From: an uncultured bacterium
Lineage (GTDB): Bacteria > Auribacterota > JACPWU01
Direction of reading: 5' to 3'
Assembly (NCBI GenBank): GCA_964640155.1
Contig: CAZXEQ010000001.1
Span: 486,403 to 518,402 of the forward strand
Length of the DNA: 32,000 bases
Within the stretch, counting starts at the first letter, position 1. Every line of letters starts with the position of its first letter. The translations under genes and the position numbers were made by a program. Shown here piece after piece: positions 9,192 through 18,375 of the stretch. Under the pieces are notes generated by a model. It did no database searches, had not been told where the DNA came from, and saw nothing but the letters and a program-made list of their open reading frames with translations.

Positions 9192-10640
9192 TTAAACCTT
9201 CCCTTCTGCAGAAGCAATTTTTGAAAGCTCCTGTTGAAGCAATTCATTTACCATTTTAGGATTGGCTCGCCCTTGTGTCAATTTCATGACTTGACCCACC
9301 AAATACGTTAGCGCATTCTTCTTACCACTTTGATAATCCTGCAACGACTTTGGATTATCCTGAATTGCTTTTTGAACAGCCGCTTCAATTTGACCTTGAT
9401 CACTGACTTGTGTCAAACCTTTGGCTTTAACAATTTCTTTAGGAGAAGCTCCTGTTTTAAACATTTCAACAAAAACATCTTTGGCGATTTTTCCGCTAAT
9501 GGTTCCTGAATCAATAAGCTCTACCAGTGAAGAAATATCTTCGGGCTTTACGACAGATTGCTGAATACTTAAACCTTTTTCGTTCAAATCTCTTAAGAGA
9601 TCGCCCATAATCCAGTTTACAACAGCTTTCACATTTTTAGAAACTTTAGCTCCCTCCTCAAAAAAATCCGCTAAATCTTTTTGAGCCGTTAAAACACCCG
9701 CATCATATTCTGAAAGCCCATAGTCTTTCACAAAGCGATTCAACCGAGCTTGAGGAAGCTCGGGAAGTTCAGATTTAATCTTTTGAAGCATTTCCGAAGA
9801 AACGATGATCGGCACCAAATCAGGTTCTGGGAAATAACGATAATCATGCGCTTGTTCTTTACTTCTCATAGAACGCGTTACTTCTTTATCCTTATCCCAA
9901 AGTCTGGTTTCCTGAACAACTCTCCCACCAGAATTTAAAAGCTCTTCTTGTCGTTTAATCTCATAATTAATAGCTTTTTCAACGTTGTGAAAAGAATTTA
10001 GATTTTTGATCTCGGCTTTGGTCCCAAATTTTTCTGTACCTATCAGTCTAAGTGAAACATTGGCATCACAACGCAAACTGCCCTCTTCCATGTTACAGTC
10101 ACTGACATCTAAATATTCAAGAATGGTTTTGAGAGCCTTCAAATATTCATACGCTTCTTTGGCCGATCTAATATCTGGCTCCGAAACAATTTCAATTAAG
10201 GGAATTCCACCCCGGTTATAATCAACCCCGCTGTCCTTTGTGAAATGATTCAACTTGCCTGCATCTTCTTCAAGATGAATTCGAGTTAAACCAATTTTTT
10301 TATGCGTTCCATCTAAAGAAATAGGGATAACTCCTCCCTGACAAATAGGCTTATCATATTGGGAAATTTGATAGGCTTTAGCTAAATCCGGATAAAAATA
10401 ATTTTTCCTGTCAAATTTGCTGAACATTGAAATTTCAGATCCAACCATCAAACCTGTCATTAACGCATAGTGAAGAGCTTTTTCATTGAGGACAGGTAAA
10501 GTCCCAGGGAAACCCAAACATACAGGACATACTTGTGTATTAGGCAAAGCTCCAAATTTTGTCGAACATCCACAAAAAAGCTTGGAGACTGTCTTTAATT
10601 GAGTATGAACTTCTAAACCGATCACGGGTTCGTATTGCAT
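9192..10640 (-). CDS. gatB: Asp-tRNA(Asn)/Glu-tRNA(Gln) amidotransferase subunit B
   Basis: 482 aa with the typical GatB N-terminus (YEPVIGLEVHTQL...KLFCGC) and a C-terminal YqeY-like tail. It sits in a gatC-gatA-gatB arrangement. Confidence 0.95.
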   Translation of the reverse strand: MQYEPVIGLEVHTQLKTVSKLFCGCSTKFGALPNTQVCPVCLGFPGTLPVLNEKALHYALMTGLMVGSEISMFSKFDRKNYFYPDLAKAYQISQYDKPICQGGVIPISLDGTHKKIGLTRIHLEEDAGKLNHFTKDSGVDYNRGGIPLIEIVSEPDIRSAKEAYEYLKALKTILEYLDVSDCNMEEGSLRCDANVSLRLIGTEKFGTKAEIKNLNSFHNVEKAINYEIKRQEELLNSGGRVVQETRLWDKDKEVTRSMRSKEQAHDYRYFPEPDLVPIIVSSEMLQKIKSELPELPQARLNRFVKDYGLSEYDAGVLTAQKDLADFFEEGAKVSKNVKAVVNWIMGDLLRDLNEKGLSIQQSVVKPEDISSLVELIDSGTISGKIAKDVFVEMFKTGASPKEIVKAKGLTQVSDQGQIEAAVQKAIQDNPKSLQDYQSGKKNALTYLVGQVMKLTQGRANPKMVNELLQQELSKIASAEGKV

Positions 10641-10672
10641 TAAAATCCTTGTATCGTCTGTTGTAAATTTAA

Positions 10673-12133
10673 CTATACTTTGGGTTTCTTTTTATGAAAA
10701 TCCGTTGCTTGCTCAAAGGAATAACCTAATCTTAAAAGCGTCTCTTCATCAAAATGCTTTCCTAAAAGTTGAAGTCCTATAGGAAGTCCCTCTTTTGAAA
10801 ATCCGCATGGAATAGACATTCCAGGAATACCTGCCAAATTTGCAGAAATCGTAAAAATATCTGATAAATACATGGTTAAAGGATCATTCAGTTTTTCCCC
10901 TAACTTAAATGCAGGAGTTGGAGCTGTCGGAGTTAAAATTGCATCACACATTTTAAAAGCTTCATCGAAATCATGTTTAATCAAAGTTCTTGCCTTCTGA
11001 GCTCTCAAATAATAAGCATCATAATAACCTGAACTTAAAACATAGGTTCCTAAAATAATTCTACGCTTTACTTCAGATCCAAAACCAAGTGCTCGCGTCT
11101 GAAAATACAAATCGACCAAATTCTGAAATTGTGGAGCACGAAATCCATATTGAACACCATCATAACGTGCTAAGTTAGAACTGGCCTCCGCTGTTGCAAC
11201 AATATAATAAGTCGCGACTGCGTATTCTGTATGAGGAAGAGAACATTCAACAAAAGTTACACCTAAATTTTGAAAAGTTTTAATCGCATCATCAATACTT
11301 TTCTTAACATCAACGTCCAAACCCTCAATAAAATATTCTTTAGGAAGACCTATTTTCATTCCTTTAAGAGACTTCTTCATTTCTTCTCGATAGTTTGGAA
11401 TCGACTGATCTACTGAAGTAGAATCCATTGAATCTTTTCCACTGATCGTTTGTAAAACAAGTGCTGCATCTTCGACGTCTTTTGTAATAGGTCCGATTTG
11501 ATCAAGACTGGAAGCAAAGGCAATCAATCCAAAACGAGAAACACGTCCATAAGTAGGTTTTAATCCCACACAGCCACAGAGTGAAGCAGGCTGACGAATT
11601 GAGCCACCTGTATCTGTTCCCAAAGCTGCAATCGCCAAATTTCCAGCAACAGCAGCTGCAGAGCCTCCACTAGACCCTCCCGGAGCTCGCGTCAAATCCC
11701 AAGGATTTTTAGTCACACCATAAGATGAATTTTCTGTGGAAGAACCCATAGCAAATTCATCCATATTGGTGTTACCAACCATTAAAGCACCTGAATTTTC
11801 CAAACGTTGAACAACGGTCGCGCTATAAGGAGGAATATAACCTTTTAGAATTTTTGAGGCACAAGTCGTTTCTATCCCCTCAACACAGATTACATCTTTA
11901 TTTGCAATAGGAATACCCCACAAAGATCCATGACGCTTTTCGGAAGGCATTGCATCTAAGATTTTGGCTTGAGCTAAAGCTCTTGAGTTATCCACACGAA
12001 GATAGGCATTGAGAGAAGAATTTTTCTCTTCAATCCTCTTCAGGAGTGCCTGCACCGTCTCTGTCACGGAAACTTCTTTTTTCTGAATGAGAGAAGCAAG
12101 CTCGTGTGCAGTTAAATCAATCAAATTTTGCAT
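10673..12133 (-). CDS. gatA: Glu-tRNA(Gln) amidotransferase subunit A
   Basis: 486 aa carrying the amidase signature [12 protein letters not shown] and the GatA-typical N-terminus. Confidence 0.95.
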   Translation of the reverse strand: MQNLIDLTAHELASLIQKKEVSVTETVQALLKRIEEKNSSLNAYLRVDNSRALAQAKILDAMPSEKRHGSLWGIPIANKDVICVEGIETTCASKILKGYIPPYSATVVQRLENSGALMVGNTNMDEFAMGSSTENSSYGVTKNPWDLTRAPGGSSGGSAAAVAGNLAIAALGTDTGGSIRQPASLCGCVGLKPTYGRVSRFGLIAFASSLDQIGPITKDVEDAALVLQTISGKDSMDSTSVDQSIPNYREEMKKSLKGMKIGLPKEYFIEGLDVDVKKSIDDAIKTFQNLGVTFVECSLPHTEYAVATYYIVATAEASSNLARYDGVQYGFRAPQFQNLVDLYFQTRALGFGSEVKRRIILGTYVLSSGYYDAYYLRAQKARTLIKHDFDEAFKMCDAILTPTAPTPAFKLGEKLNDPLTMYLSDIFTISANLAGIPGMSIPCGFSKEGLPIGLQLLGKHFDEETLLRLGYSFEQATDFHKKKPKV

Positions 12134-12151
12134 GTTTTCTCAATTCACTCT

Positions 12152-12439
12152 TTATTCGATGATTTGAGGGACAATAAAAAAACCGTCTCTGGACTCAGGT
12201 GCTATTTTAAGAAATTTTTCTGGAGATAAAGAGGGTTTAACTTCATCCGCACGCATCACATTTTGAACAGACAAAATATGCTGTGTCGGTTCAATAGATT
12301 CTGTTTTAAGCTCATTCAATTTTTGAACATAAGAGAGAATATCACTCAATTGCTTTGAAAGCTTCTCTCTCTCCTCTACTCCCAAATGAAGCCGGGCTAA
12401 TTTCGCTACATCATCAATATTCATTTCTACTTTTTTCAT
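12152..12439 (-). CDS. gatC: Glu-tRNA(Gln) amidotransferase subunit C
   Basis: 95 aa with the GatC-like segment VAKLARLHL..EE. It is the first gene of the gatCAB cluster and has a GGAGG SD 6 nt upstream of the ATG. Confidence 0.9.
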   Translation of the reverse strand: MKKVEMNIDDVAKLARLHLGVEEREKLSKQLSDILSYVQKLNELKTESIEPTQHILSVQNVMRADEVKPSLSPEKFLKIAPESRDGFFIVPQIIE

Positions 12440-12471
12440 TCACTCCCTCCACTTCCTCACAGAAAGGATTT

Positions 12472-12500
12472 ATGATACTCGATCTCATTTCCAGAGTAAA
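12472..12500 (-). promoter_or_regulatory. Candidate sigma70-type promoter for the gatCAB-accD-folC operon
   Basis: On the minus strand it reads TTTACT (12500-12495), a 17-nt spacer, then TATCAT (12477-12472). It lies about 33 nt upstream of the gatC ATG. This is a pattern match only. Confidence 0.3.
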
Positions 12501-12656
12501 GAAAGGAGTCAGTGCAGTAATACCATCCTTGAAAAAGAAAAATAGGTTCTAGCAATCATCTCCCTCTTTTAATATATTCATAATATTCTCTCTAACAATA
12601 TATTAGGATTATATTTATTACAATTTGGAGAATCCTATTTTATGTGGTATATCACT

Positions 12657-12687
12657 ATCAAAGGAAGTAAAGTAACCAACTCACAAA
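12657..12687 (+). repeat. Left copy of a 31-nt imperfect direct repeat bracketing the FG-GAP gene
   Basis: atcaaaggaagtaaagtaaccaactcacaaa matches 14305-14335 at 28 of 31 positions, including an exact 15-mer ggaagtaaagtaacc. It ends 13 nt before the FG-GAP ATG. Confidence 0.6.
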
Positions 12688-12700
12688 AGAGGAACAAAAT

Positions 12701-14323
12701 ATGAGAAAAATCGTTATTCTATTTAGTTGTCTGTGTTTTATTTCCTTTGGACAAATTCATGCAGGGATCGATTTTGATCTTCGATCAGCAGATGTACGAT
12801 TTGATGGGATTGTAGTGCCCGTGGCACCTGATGCAGAATCAGGAAATAATCACATTTCTGCAGTTAAAGCTCTGGGAGATGTTAATGGGGATGGACAAAG
12901 TGACTTTGCCGTTGGTGGTTACAATGCGATCGGAATTTTTTTTGGGAAAGATAGTCTTTCTGCATGGAGACCTGTAATGAGAGTCGAAGACGCCGATGTT
13001 GTTTTGACAGAGGCCGGATCCATTGGAAATTTCACGATTGTTTCAGGAGATGTAAATGGAGACGGGCTCAGTGATATCGCCATCCATTCTTGGAGCACAC
13101 CTGGTTATCTTATTTTTGGCCGATCGGTTTGGCCACCTAGACTTCCACTCAATCTTATTGCAAATGTTGAACTTCCCAGAGGAAATATTGCTATTGGAAA
13201 TTTCAATGGGGACCGATTCATGGATATTGTTATTGGCCAAACAGGAGCACAAAACACACTGGGAGGATCTAGATACTATCTAACGAACTATGAGAGTCAT
13301 CTTTATCTTTTTTTAGGCAGAGAAGGTCTATGGGCAAGAAATCTCATGATTCCCGAAGCTTCTGCAACTTGGGTTGTCCCCATGACAACAGCTACAACGT
13401 GTATGGGACATTCTTTTAATTTTGTGGGAGATCTGAATAGCGATGGATTTGAAGAACTTACTGTTTTATCTGAGATTGATACGAGTGGTCTTCAAATCAC
13501 TGGGGCTGGACGCTATACTTATCAAGATAGAAAAATTCATTTGTTCTCTGGAAATCGCGAAGGTAGACTCCTGCCTACTACAGAACTTTATCTCGGAAAC
13601 GGTGGAGGTTTCTACAATCCCCAATTCTCATCCGCAAGTGATTTCAACAATGATATAAGCCCTGACTTTGTTTACGGCGATGGAACAACAGTCAGATTTT
13701 ATTCTGGATTAAGCCGATCCCTTACAGGCTTCACTGATCGCCTAAGCAATATCATCAGCAGCTATCATTTAAATATCGATGGTCTTTCAGAGGGAAGAGA
13801 TCTCAATAGCGATAGCTTTTCAGATCTCTTAATAGGGGAAAGTGGTCCTACCTTGCTCGAATCGCTTATGGGGACAAGTGAAAGCCCAGAAGATATCGTA
13901 GCCTATCTTCTCTTAGGCAGAAGTACTCCATTAGGGGACTCATTAAATGTAGCTAGCACTTACGATATACGTTTTACCATTCCACATACACTTCATCTAT
14001 TCTTTTCGTACCCAGAGGGAGCTGTCAGCATGGTAGGAGATGTGAATGGGGGAGGACAAGCCGATATTTTGATTGCTTATCGATCACAAGCATATCTTAT
14101 TTTCGGAGAAACCCTTTTCCCTTCTTCCCCTTCTAGCACATTCATATTCCCAGAGATTATTTATCATCGTCCTCTCATTTTTCCAGATGATATTGATCCT
14201 CGACCCTGGCCAGAAAAGATTGTTAATACAGAACTTCAGGAAGAAATCAATCCTGAGATCTTAAAAACAACAGATACTTCTATCGAACAAGTGCAGAATA
14301 AAGAATCACAGGAAGTAAAGTAA
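12701..14323 (+). CDS. Secreted FG-GAP / integrin-alpha-like beta-propeller repeat protein
   Basis: 540 aa with a signal peptide (MRKIVILFSCLCFISFGQIHAG). It has seven Ca-binding-type DxNxDxxxD loops: GDVNGDGQSD, GDVNGDGLSD, GNFNGDRFMD, GDLNSDGFEE, SDFNNDISPD, RDLNSDSFSD and GDVNGGGQAD. The C-terminal tail is Pro/acidic-rich. Confidence 0.8.
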   Translation: MRKIVILFSCLCFISFGQIHAGIDFDLRSADVRFDGIVVPVAPDAESGNNHISAVKALGDVNGDGQSDFAVGGYNAIGIFFGKDSLSAWRPVMRVEDADVVLTEAGSIGNFTIVSGDVNGDGLSDIAIHSWSTPGYLIFGRSVWPPRLPLNLIANVELPRGNIAIGNFNGDRFMDIVIGQTGAQNTLGGSRYYLTNYESHLYLFLGREGLWARNLMIPEASATWVVPMTTATTCMGHSFNFVGDLNSDGFEELTVLSEIDTSGLQITGAGRYTYQDRKIHLFSGNREGRLLPTTELYLGNGGGFYNPQFSSASDFNNDISPDFVYGDGTTVRFYSGLSRSLTGFTDRLSNIISSYHLNIDGLSEGRDLNSDSFSDLLIGESGPTLLESLMGTSESPEDIVAYLLLGRSTPLGDSLNVASTYDIRFTIPHTLHLFFSYPEGAVSMVGDVNGGGQADILIAYRSQAYLIFGETLFPSSPSSTFIFPEIIYHRPLIFPDDIDPRPWPEKIVNTELQEEINPEILKTTDTSIEQVQNKESQEVK

Positions 14324-14335
14324 CCCACTCAAAAA
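14305..14335 (+). repeat. Right copy of the 31-nt direct repeat (spans the last codons, the stop and 12 nt downstream of the FG-GAP gene)
   Basis: atcacaggaagtaaagtaacccactcaaaaa matches 12657-12687 at 28 of 31 positions. Confidence 0.6.
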
Positions 14336-14340
14336 CACAA

Positions 14341-14369
14341 GGGCGGCTCTCTTTTTAGAGAGTCGCCCC
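14341..14369. terminator. Bidirectional intrinsic terminator between the convergent FG-GAP gene and the oxidase operon
   Basis: gggcggctctct-tttt-agagagtcgccc forms a 12-bp GC-rich stem (one G.U) with a 4-nt loop. On the minus strand it is followed by TTGTGTTTTTGAG, and on the plus strand by a T-rich attactttta. Confidence 0.6.
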
Positions 14370-14390
14370 GTATTACTTTTATTCCTATTT

Positions 14391-14813
14391 TCAGAGTTGA
14401 TATAGCATCCAATAAATCACTACCCCCGTAATCGAAACATAAAGCCATAAGGGAAAGGTCCATCGCGCTATTTTCTTATGTCGATCCAATTGATTTCGTA
14501 ACGCTCGATACAAAGTCATCAGAATCAGTGGCAAAATAACCACTGCAAGAATGGTATGAGAGATTAAGATAGAAAAATAAACAATTCGAACCATCCCCTG
14601 CCCTAAAAATTGAGTCGCGCCATGATGGGCATGATAATAAAGATAACTCACAAGAAAAATAGAGGAAACCAATGTTGCTAAGACCATACAAACTTTATGA
14701 AATAAAATTTTCCCGGAGCGAACCGAAAAATAACCTAATAAAAGGAGCAAAGCGCTTGTTGCATTGAGTGAAGCATTGATTGCCGGGAAATAATGAAGAG
14801 GAATAAAATTCAT
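14391..14813 (-). CDS. DUF420-family membrane protein (CtaM-like cytochrome oxidase assembly factor)
   Basis: 140 aa with 4 predicted TM segments. The N-terminus INASLNATSALLLLLGY...HKVCM and the conserved His residues resemble DUF420/YozB/CtaM. It is the last gene of the oxidase cluster, with an ATGA overlap onto SCO1. Confidence 0.7.
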   Translation of the reverse strand: MNFIPLHYFPAINASLNATSALLLLLGYFSVRSGKILFHKVCMVLATLVSSIFLVSYLYYHAHHGATQFLGQGMVRIVYFSILISHTILAVVILPLILMTLYRALRNQLDRHKKIARWTFPLWLYVSITGVVIYWMLYQL

Positions 14814-15442
14814 TTTTGAGCGTCCAAAAGACTTTTAACATCTTGAATCAATCGTTTCATTGCCTCATTCTCTGCTACAGAATAAATACCTCGAATCTGA
14901 GCCTTTTGGTCAACCACAATAAATCGATTACTATGCATGATAGGCTCTACAACATCTCCTCCTTCTTCAACCCCCAAATGAAAGCCTTCTCGAGCAAGTC
15001 TAAAAATGGAATCCTTATCTCCCGTGAGAAATAACCATTGAGTTGTGTCTATTTCTTGCTTCTGAACATATTGTTGAAGAACATCTGATGTATCATTTTC
15101 GGGATCAACCGAAATAGAAATACTTTTAATTTGAGAAGGTAATTCTTTTCTAATTTCCTTCATTTTTTCATTCATGAAGGGACATTGACCTCCACACCGC
15201 GTAAAAATAAAGTCTACAATCCATATTTGCCCTTTTAAACTTTCAAGATCAACAGTTTTCCCACTTTGATCTACAAGAGAAAAAGCAGGGACTTGGCCAT
15301 ACACAGGTAAAGGATTTTTAACAGGATGGATTTTGGTCCATATAAAAAGACAAGCAATACTCAAAAGTGTGAAAAATAATAAAAACCAGAGCAAACGTTG
15401 AAATTTCAAAGAGTTATCTTCCTGTTTTTCAACACATTTCAA
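14810..15442 (-). CDS. SCO1/SenC-family copper chaperone (thioredoxin fold)
   Basis: 210 aa with an N-terminal membrane anchor, a CxxxC motif (TRCGGQCP) and a downstream His (PIMHSNRF). The TTG start forms a TTGA overlap with the CoxIV stop. Confidence 0.85.
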   Translation of the reverse strand: MKCVEKQEDNSLKFQRLLWFLLFFTLLSIACLFIWTKIHPVKNPLPVYGQVPAFSLVDQSGKTVDLESLKGQIWIVDFIFTRCGGQCPFMNEKMKEIRKELPSQIKSISISVDPENDTSDVLQQYVQKQEIDTTQWLFLTGDKDSIFRLAREGFHLGVEEGGDVVEPIMHSNRFIVVDQKAQIRGIYSVAENEAMKRLIQDVKSLLDAQK

Positions 15443-15723
15443 GAAAGGCTTAGCCGGGTCAAAACAACCAATACGAGGGACAGTACAATTGGATAGAGAA
15501 TAACCGCAATCAAAATAAGTCTTTCAAACTTCAAATGCATAAAATACAAAGCCACGAGCAAAGCTTTTGTCACAGCCAAAAAAGCCAATGCTAAGATCTG
15601 ATACATTTTATGCCCAGGAATATATAAGGCTCCTACTTCAAGAACGGTTAAAGCCAAAAGCCAAACCCACACTCCCATATAATTAGGATGTGTAAATGCA
15701 TGTTCTGTTTTTACATTTTCCAT
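15439..15723 (-). CDS. ctaF: Cytochrome c oxidase subunit IV (prokaryotic COX4 family)
   Basis: A small 3-TM protein in the position after CoxIII. I prefer the internal ATG at 15723 (MENVKTEHAF..., 94 aa). The track's TTG at 15786 would overlap the end of CoxIII by 37 nt. Confidence 0.7.
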   Translation of the reverse strand: MENVKTEHAFTHPNYMGVWVWLLALTVLEVGALYIPGHKMYQILALAFLAVTKALLVALYFMHLKFERLILIAVILYPIVLSLVLVVLTRLSLS

Positions 15724-15749
15724 ATATAGATCAATCCTATTCTTTATAA

Positions 15750-16349
15750 TTATATCAAATATACAATTGTAAAAAGAATAATCCAAACTAAATCTACAAA
15801 ATGCCAGTATAAACCAACCAACTCAATAGGCGCATATTTATTGGGTGTAAAATGCCCGAAAAGAGAACGAATCCATATCACAAGAATACAAATAACCCCG
15901 CCTAAGACGTGGCAGCCGTGAAATCCCGTTAAAACATAAAAACAGGTTCCGTAAAGATTCCCTTGAGGATAGAGACCATGATGAACAAGCTTATAATATT
16001 CAAATCCTTGAACCGACAAGAAAAGAACGCCAAATAAAAAAGTTAGAAAAAGATGTAATTTTACTTTTGATTGATTACCTAAATGAACCCAAGCAAACGC
16101 CTTAACCATCGTGACACTGCTGCAAATTAAAATAAACGTGTTTGCTCCTGTAAGCGGAATATTCAAAATCTCACCTGGTTTTGGCCAACTTAGCGTTCCC
16201 AGCCGCAAAACAATATAAGCACCAATTAACCCTGCAAAGAACATAATTTCAGAGCAAAGAAAAAGCCACATTCCTAATTTCCCATTATTAACACCCATGG
16301 GTTGTTGCTGTGTTTCAACCATTTCATTGACCGTTGTGGCATGAGACAT
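15750..16349 (-). CDS. ctaE: Cytochrome c oxidase subunit III
   Basis: 199 aa, the short 5-TM form, with the conserved C-terminal motif YWHFVDLVWI. Confidence 0.9.
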   Translation of the reverse strand: MSHATTVNEMVETQQQPMGVNNGKLGMWLFLCSEIMFFAGLIGAYIVLRLGTLSWPKPGEILNIPLTGANTFILICSSVTMVKAFAWVHLGNQSKVKLHLFLTFLFGVLFLSVQGFEYYKLVHHGLYPQGNLYGTCFYVLTGFHGCHVLGGVICILVIWIRSLFGHFTPNKYAPIELVGLYWHFVDLVWIILFTIVYLI

Positions 16350-16359
16350 AATTTTTCTC

Positions 16360-17235
16360 CTAACGTTTATCGATGACTAATAAAATCAAAACTACAGGCA
16401 AATAAATCAAAGAAGCGTGAAAAACGCTTCGATAATAACTCAACAATTCTTTTTCTTTTGCAAGCGATAACAAACATCGTATCCCAAAGCCTAAGAAAAC
16501 AAGGCCCATGACAAGTGCTCCCAAAAAATAAATAGGGCCAGCGAGGCCTTTCCACACAGGCAAGAGACTCACAGCTAATAAAGCAAAAGTATAAACTAAA
16601 ATTTGTCTAGAAGTCATGGCTCCATCATGATCTAAAACGGGAAGCATCGGGAAACCGGCCTTAGAATAATCTTCTCGGTAAAGTCCTGCCAAACTTAAAA
16701 AATGAGGCAATTGCCAAAGAAAAAGAATCGCAAATAAAAGCCACGATCCCATTTGAATTTCATCCCTTACTGCTGTCCATCCCATCATGGGAGGGATGGC
16801 CCCAGGAATCGCACCTACCAAGGTACACAAAGAGGTTTTTGATTTAAGAGGGGTGTAAATAAAAAGATAAATAGAAAGCGTGAGACCTGCTAATACACAG
16901 GTTAAAAGATTCACAAAAAGAGCTAAGTGTAAAAGACCTATGATAGAGAGTAAAACACCAAAAGCCAATGCATGGTGATCTTGCATACGTCGATCAGGAA
17001 GAGGACGATGAATGGTGCGTTTCATTTTTGCATCCACATCTTTTTCTATAAATTGATTTAACGCGCAAGAGCCTGCTGCAACAGCAAAGGTTCCCCAAAG
17101 GGTATTCAAAAGATGAAAGAAGCTCCAAGAATTCCCTTTTGCGGCAAGGCAATAACCTACCAAGGTTGTAACCAAAACTAATGACGTGAGTCTTGCTTTT
17201 GATAACTCCAAATAATCTGAGAGTTTACTCTTCAT
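16360..17235 (-). CDS. ctaB: Protoheme IX farnesyltransferase (heme O synthase)
   Basis: 291 aa polytopic protein of the UbiA family, with the N-terminus YLELSKARLTSLV typical of CyoE/CtaB. It has an ATGA overlap with ctaA. Confidence 0.93.
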   Translation of the reverse strand: MKSKLSDYLELSKARLTSLVLVTTLVGYCLAAKGNSWSFFHLLNTLWGTFAVAAGSCALNQFIEKDVDAKMKRTIHRPLPDRRMQDHHALAFGVLLSIIGLLHLALFVNLLTCVLAGLTLSIYLFIYTPLKSKTSLCTLVGAIPGAIPPMMGWTAVRDEIQMGSWLLFAILFLWQLPHFLSLAGLYREDYSKAGFPMLPVLDHDGAMTSRQILVYTFALLAVSLLPVWKGLAGPIYFLGALVMGLVFLGFGIRCLLSLAKEKELLSYYRSVFHASLIYLPVVLILLVIDKR

Positions 17236-18341
17236 AATGAAACATCTATCCTTTGAGGTAAAGCAGAAGAAGCTCGTTTAGAAAATCCAAATTCCTGAAG
17301 CTCCACAGACTCACACTCATAAGTGCTATTCCTGTATCCGTGAGTTCTTTCTTTGGCTAAGACTGGAGAGCCAGTCCCCGGAGAGGAATCCACGGAAATT
17401 CTTCCGTGGATTGCCTCGTAGCGGGATCGATAAGACCAAAGCGTTAACACCAAACTCGTTGCCAGCATCAAAGCGCCAAATGCCAAATGAGTAGAAGTCA
17501 AAATGATTTTTATAGCTTGAGGCTGGACAAAATCTTGCGTCATCACTTTAGAAATATAAGAACCCAAACCTAACAAAAGTTGAACCATCAAAAAACCGAT
17601 TAAAAAAAAGCATAATTTTACAAATCTTTTGTCGGCAGAAAAATCTTTTAAAATAAGCCTCGCCAAAGAAAGAACAACAACAACCACTCCCACAGCTCCT
17701 ATCACATGCATCCACAAACCTTGTCCGCTATGACGAAAAAAAGCACCTAATAAAATCTGAATATAAATCATCAAAGTTGTTAAAACTGCTCTTGAAGGGA
17801 GATAAATTCTATTGTCAGAAAAATTTTCTAAATTTAATTTCGCCTCACTGTATGCAAATTCATTACACCAAGATTTCGAAGTAAATAAGGATAAACTTAC
17901 GGTTAAACAAAAAAAGATCTCGGCCAAACCTGCATGACTAATTGAAATAGCATCAGGCAAAAGTAAAATAACGGTGAGGCCTCCTAAAAGACCTTGCACA
18001 ACAACCACACCCAAGGCTCCTATTGCAATAGATCGAACCCATTTTCTTGGCTCTCTCAAAACAAACCAAACGGCTTGAACTAGAGCCAAAAACCCTACAC
18101 AAGTTGCGATCATACGATGACCATGTTCAAAAAGAATTCCGCCAATCATAGGAGGGAAAAATTGACCATAAGAAAGAGGCCAATCTGGAACAGCTAAACC
18201 AGAACCTGTACTTGTAACTAAAGCCCCTGCGCATAACAGAAAAAAAGTTGCAATAGATGTGAATTTTGCAAATCGATGCAGACCTTTCTGGTAAGTCATC
18301 ATAGATTGTGCATTATGAACTACTTGTTTTTTGGTTTTCAT
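17232..18341 (-). CDS. ctaA: Heme A synthase (COX15/CtaA family) with a 64-aa hydrophilic C-terminal extension
   Basis: 369 aa with about 8 TM segments and conserved His pairs (FEHGHRM, SISHAGLAE, FRHSG, STHLAFG). The tail after the last TM is encoded by 17235-17426 and contains two GC-rich hairpins. Confidence 0.85.
   Translation of the reverse strand: MKTKKQVVHNAQSMMTYQKGLHRFAKFTSIATFFLLCAGALVTSTGSGLAVPDWPLSYGQFFPPMIGGILFEHGHRMIATCVGFLALVQAVWFVLREPRKWVRSIAIGALGVVVVQGLLGGLTVILLLPDAISISHAGLAEIFFCLTVSLSLFTSKSWCNEFAYSEAKLNLENFSDNRIYLPSRAVLTTLMIYIQILLGAFFRHSGQGLWMHVIGAVGVVVVVLSLARLILKDFSADKRFVKLCFFLIGFLMVQLLLGLGSYISKVMTQDFVQPQAIKIILTSTHLAFGALMLATSLVLTLWSYRSRYEAIHGRISVDSSPGTGSPVLAKERTHGYRNSTYECESVELQEFGFSKRASSALPQRIDVSL
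17361..17417 (-). other. Two adjacent perfect or near-perfect hairpins embedded in the ctaA 3' tail
   Basis: Hairpin 1 is gactgg-agag-ccagtc (17361-17376). Hairpin 2 is gagg+aatccacggaa-attc-ttccgtggatt+(g bulge)+cctc (17383-17417), about 15 bp. Both are locally GC-rich compared with the surrounding sequence. Confidence 0.5.
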
Positions 18342-18375
18342 GTTTTTTCTGACAATTTATATCTGATATCTAATA

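Noticed and set aside
12936-12943. A T8 homopolymer inside the FG-GAP gene (GGA ATT TTT TTT GGG), considered as a slipped-strand phase-variation tract in a surface protein.
   Set aside because: Eight residues is short for a contingency locus. Similar A7/T7-8 runs occur in ordinary genes and spacers throughout this AT-rich window.
17285-17430. Shared words between the rnc-leader element and the ctaA tail (ggaatc..ggaa.ttctt, aaattcctga, ataagacc, gcctcgt), suggesting one dispersed repeat family.
   Set aside because: The matches are 7-10-mers in inconsistent order and orientation. Hundreds of such matches are expected by chance in 32 kb of biased sequence. Only a genome-wide alignment could revive this.
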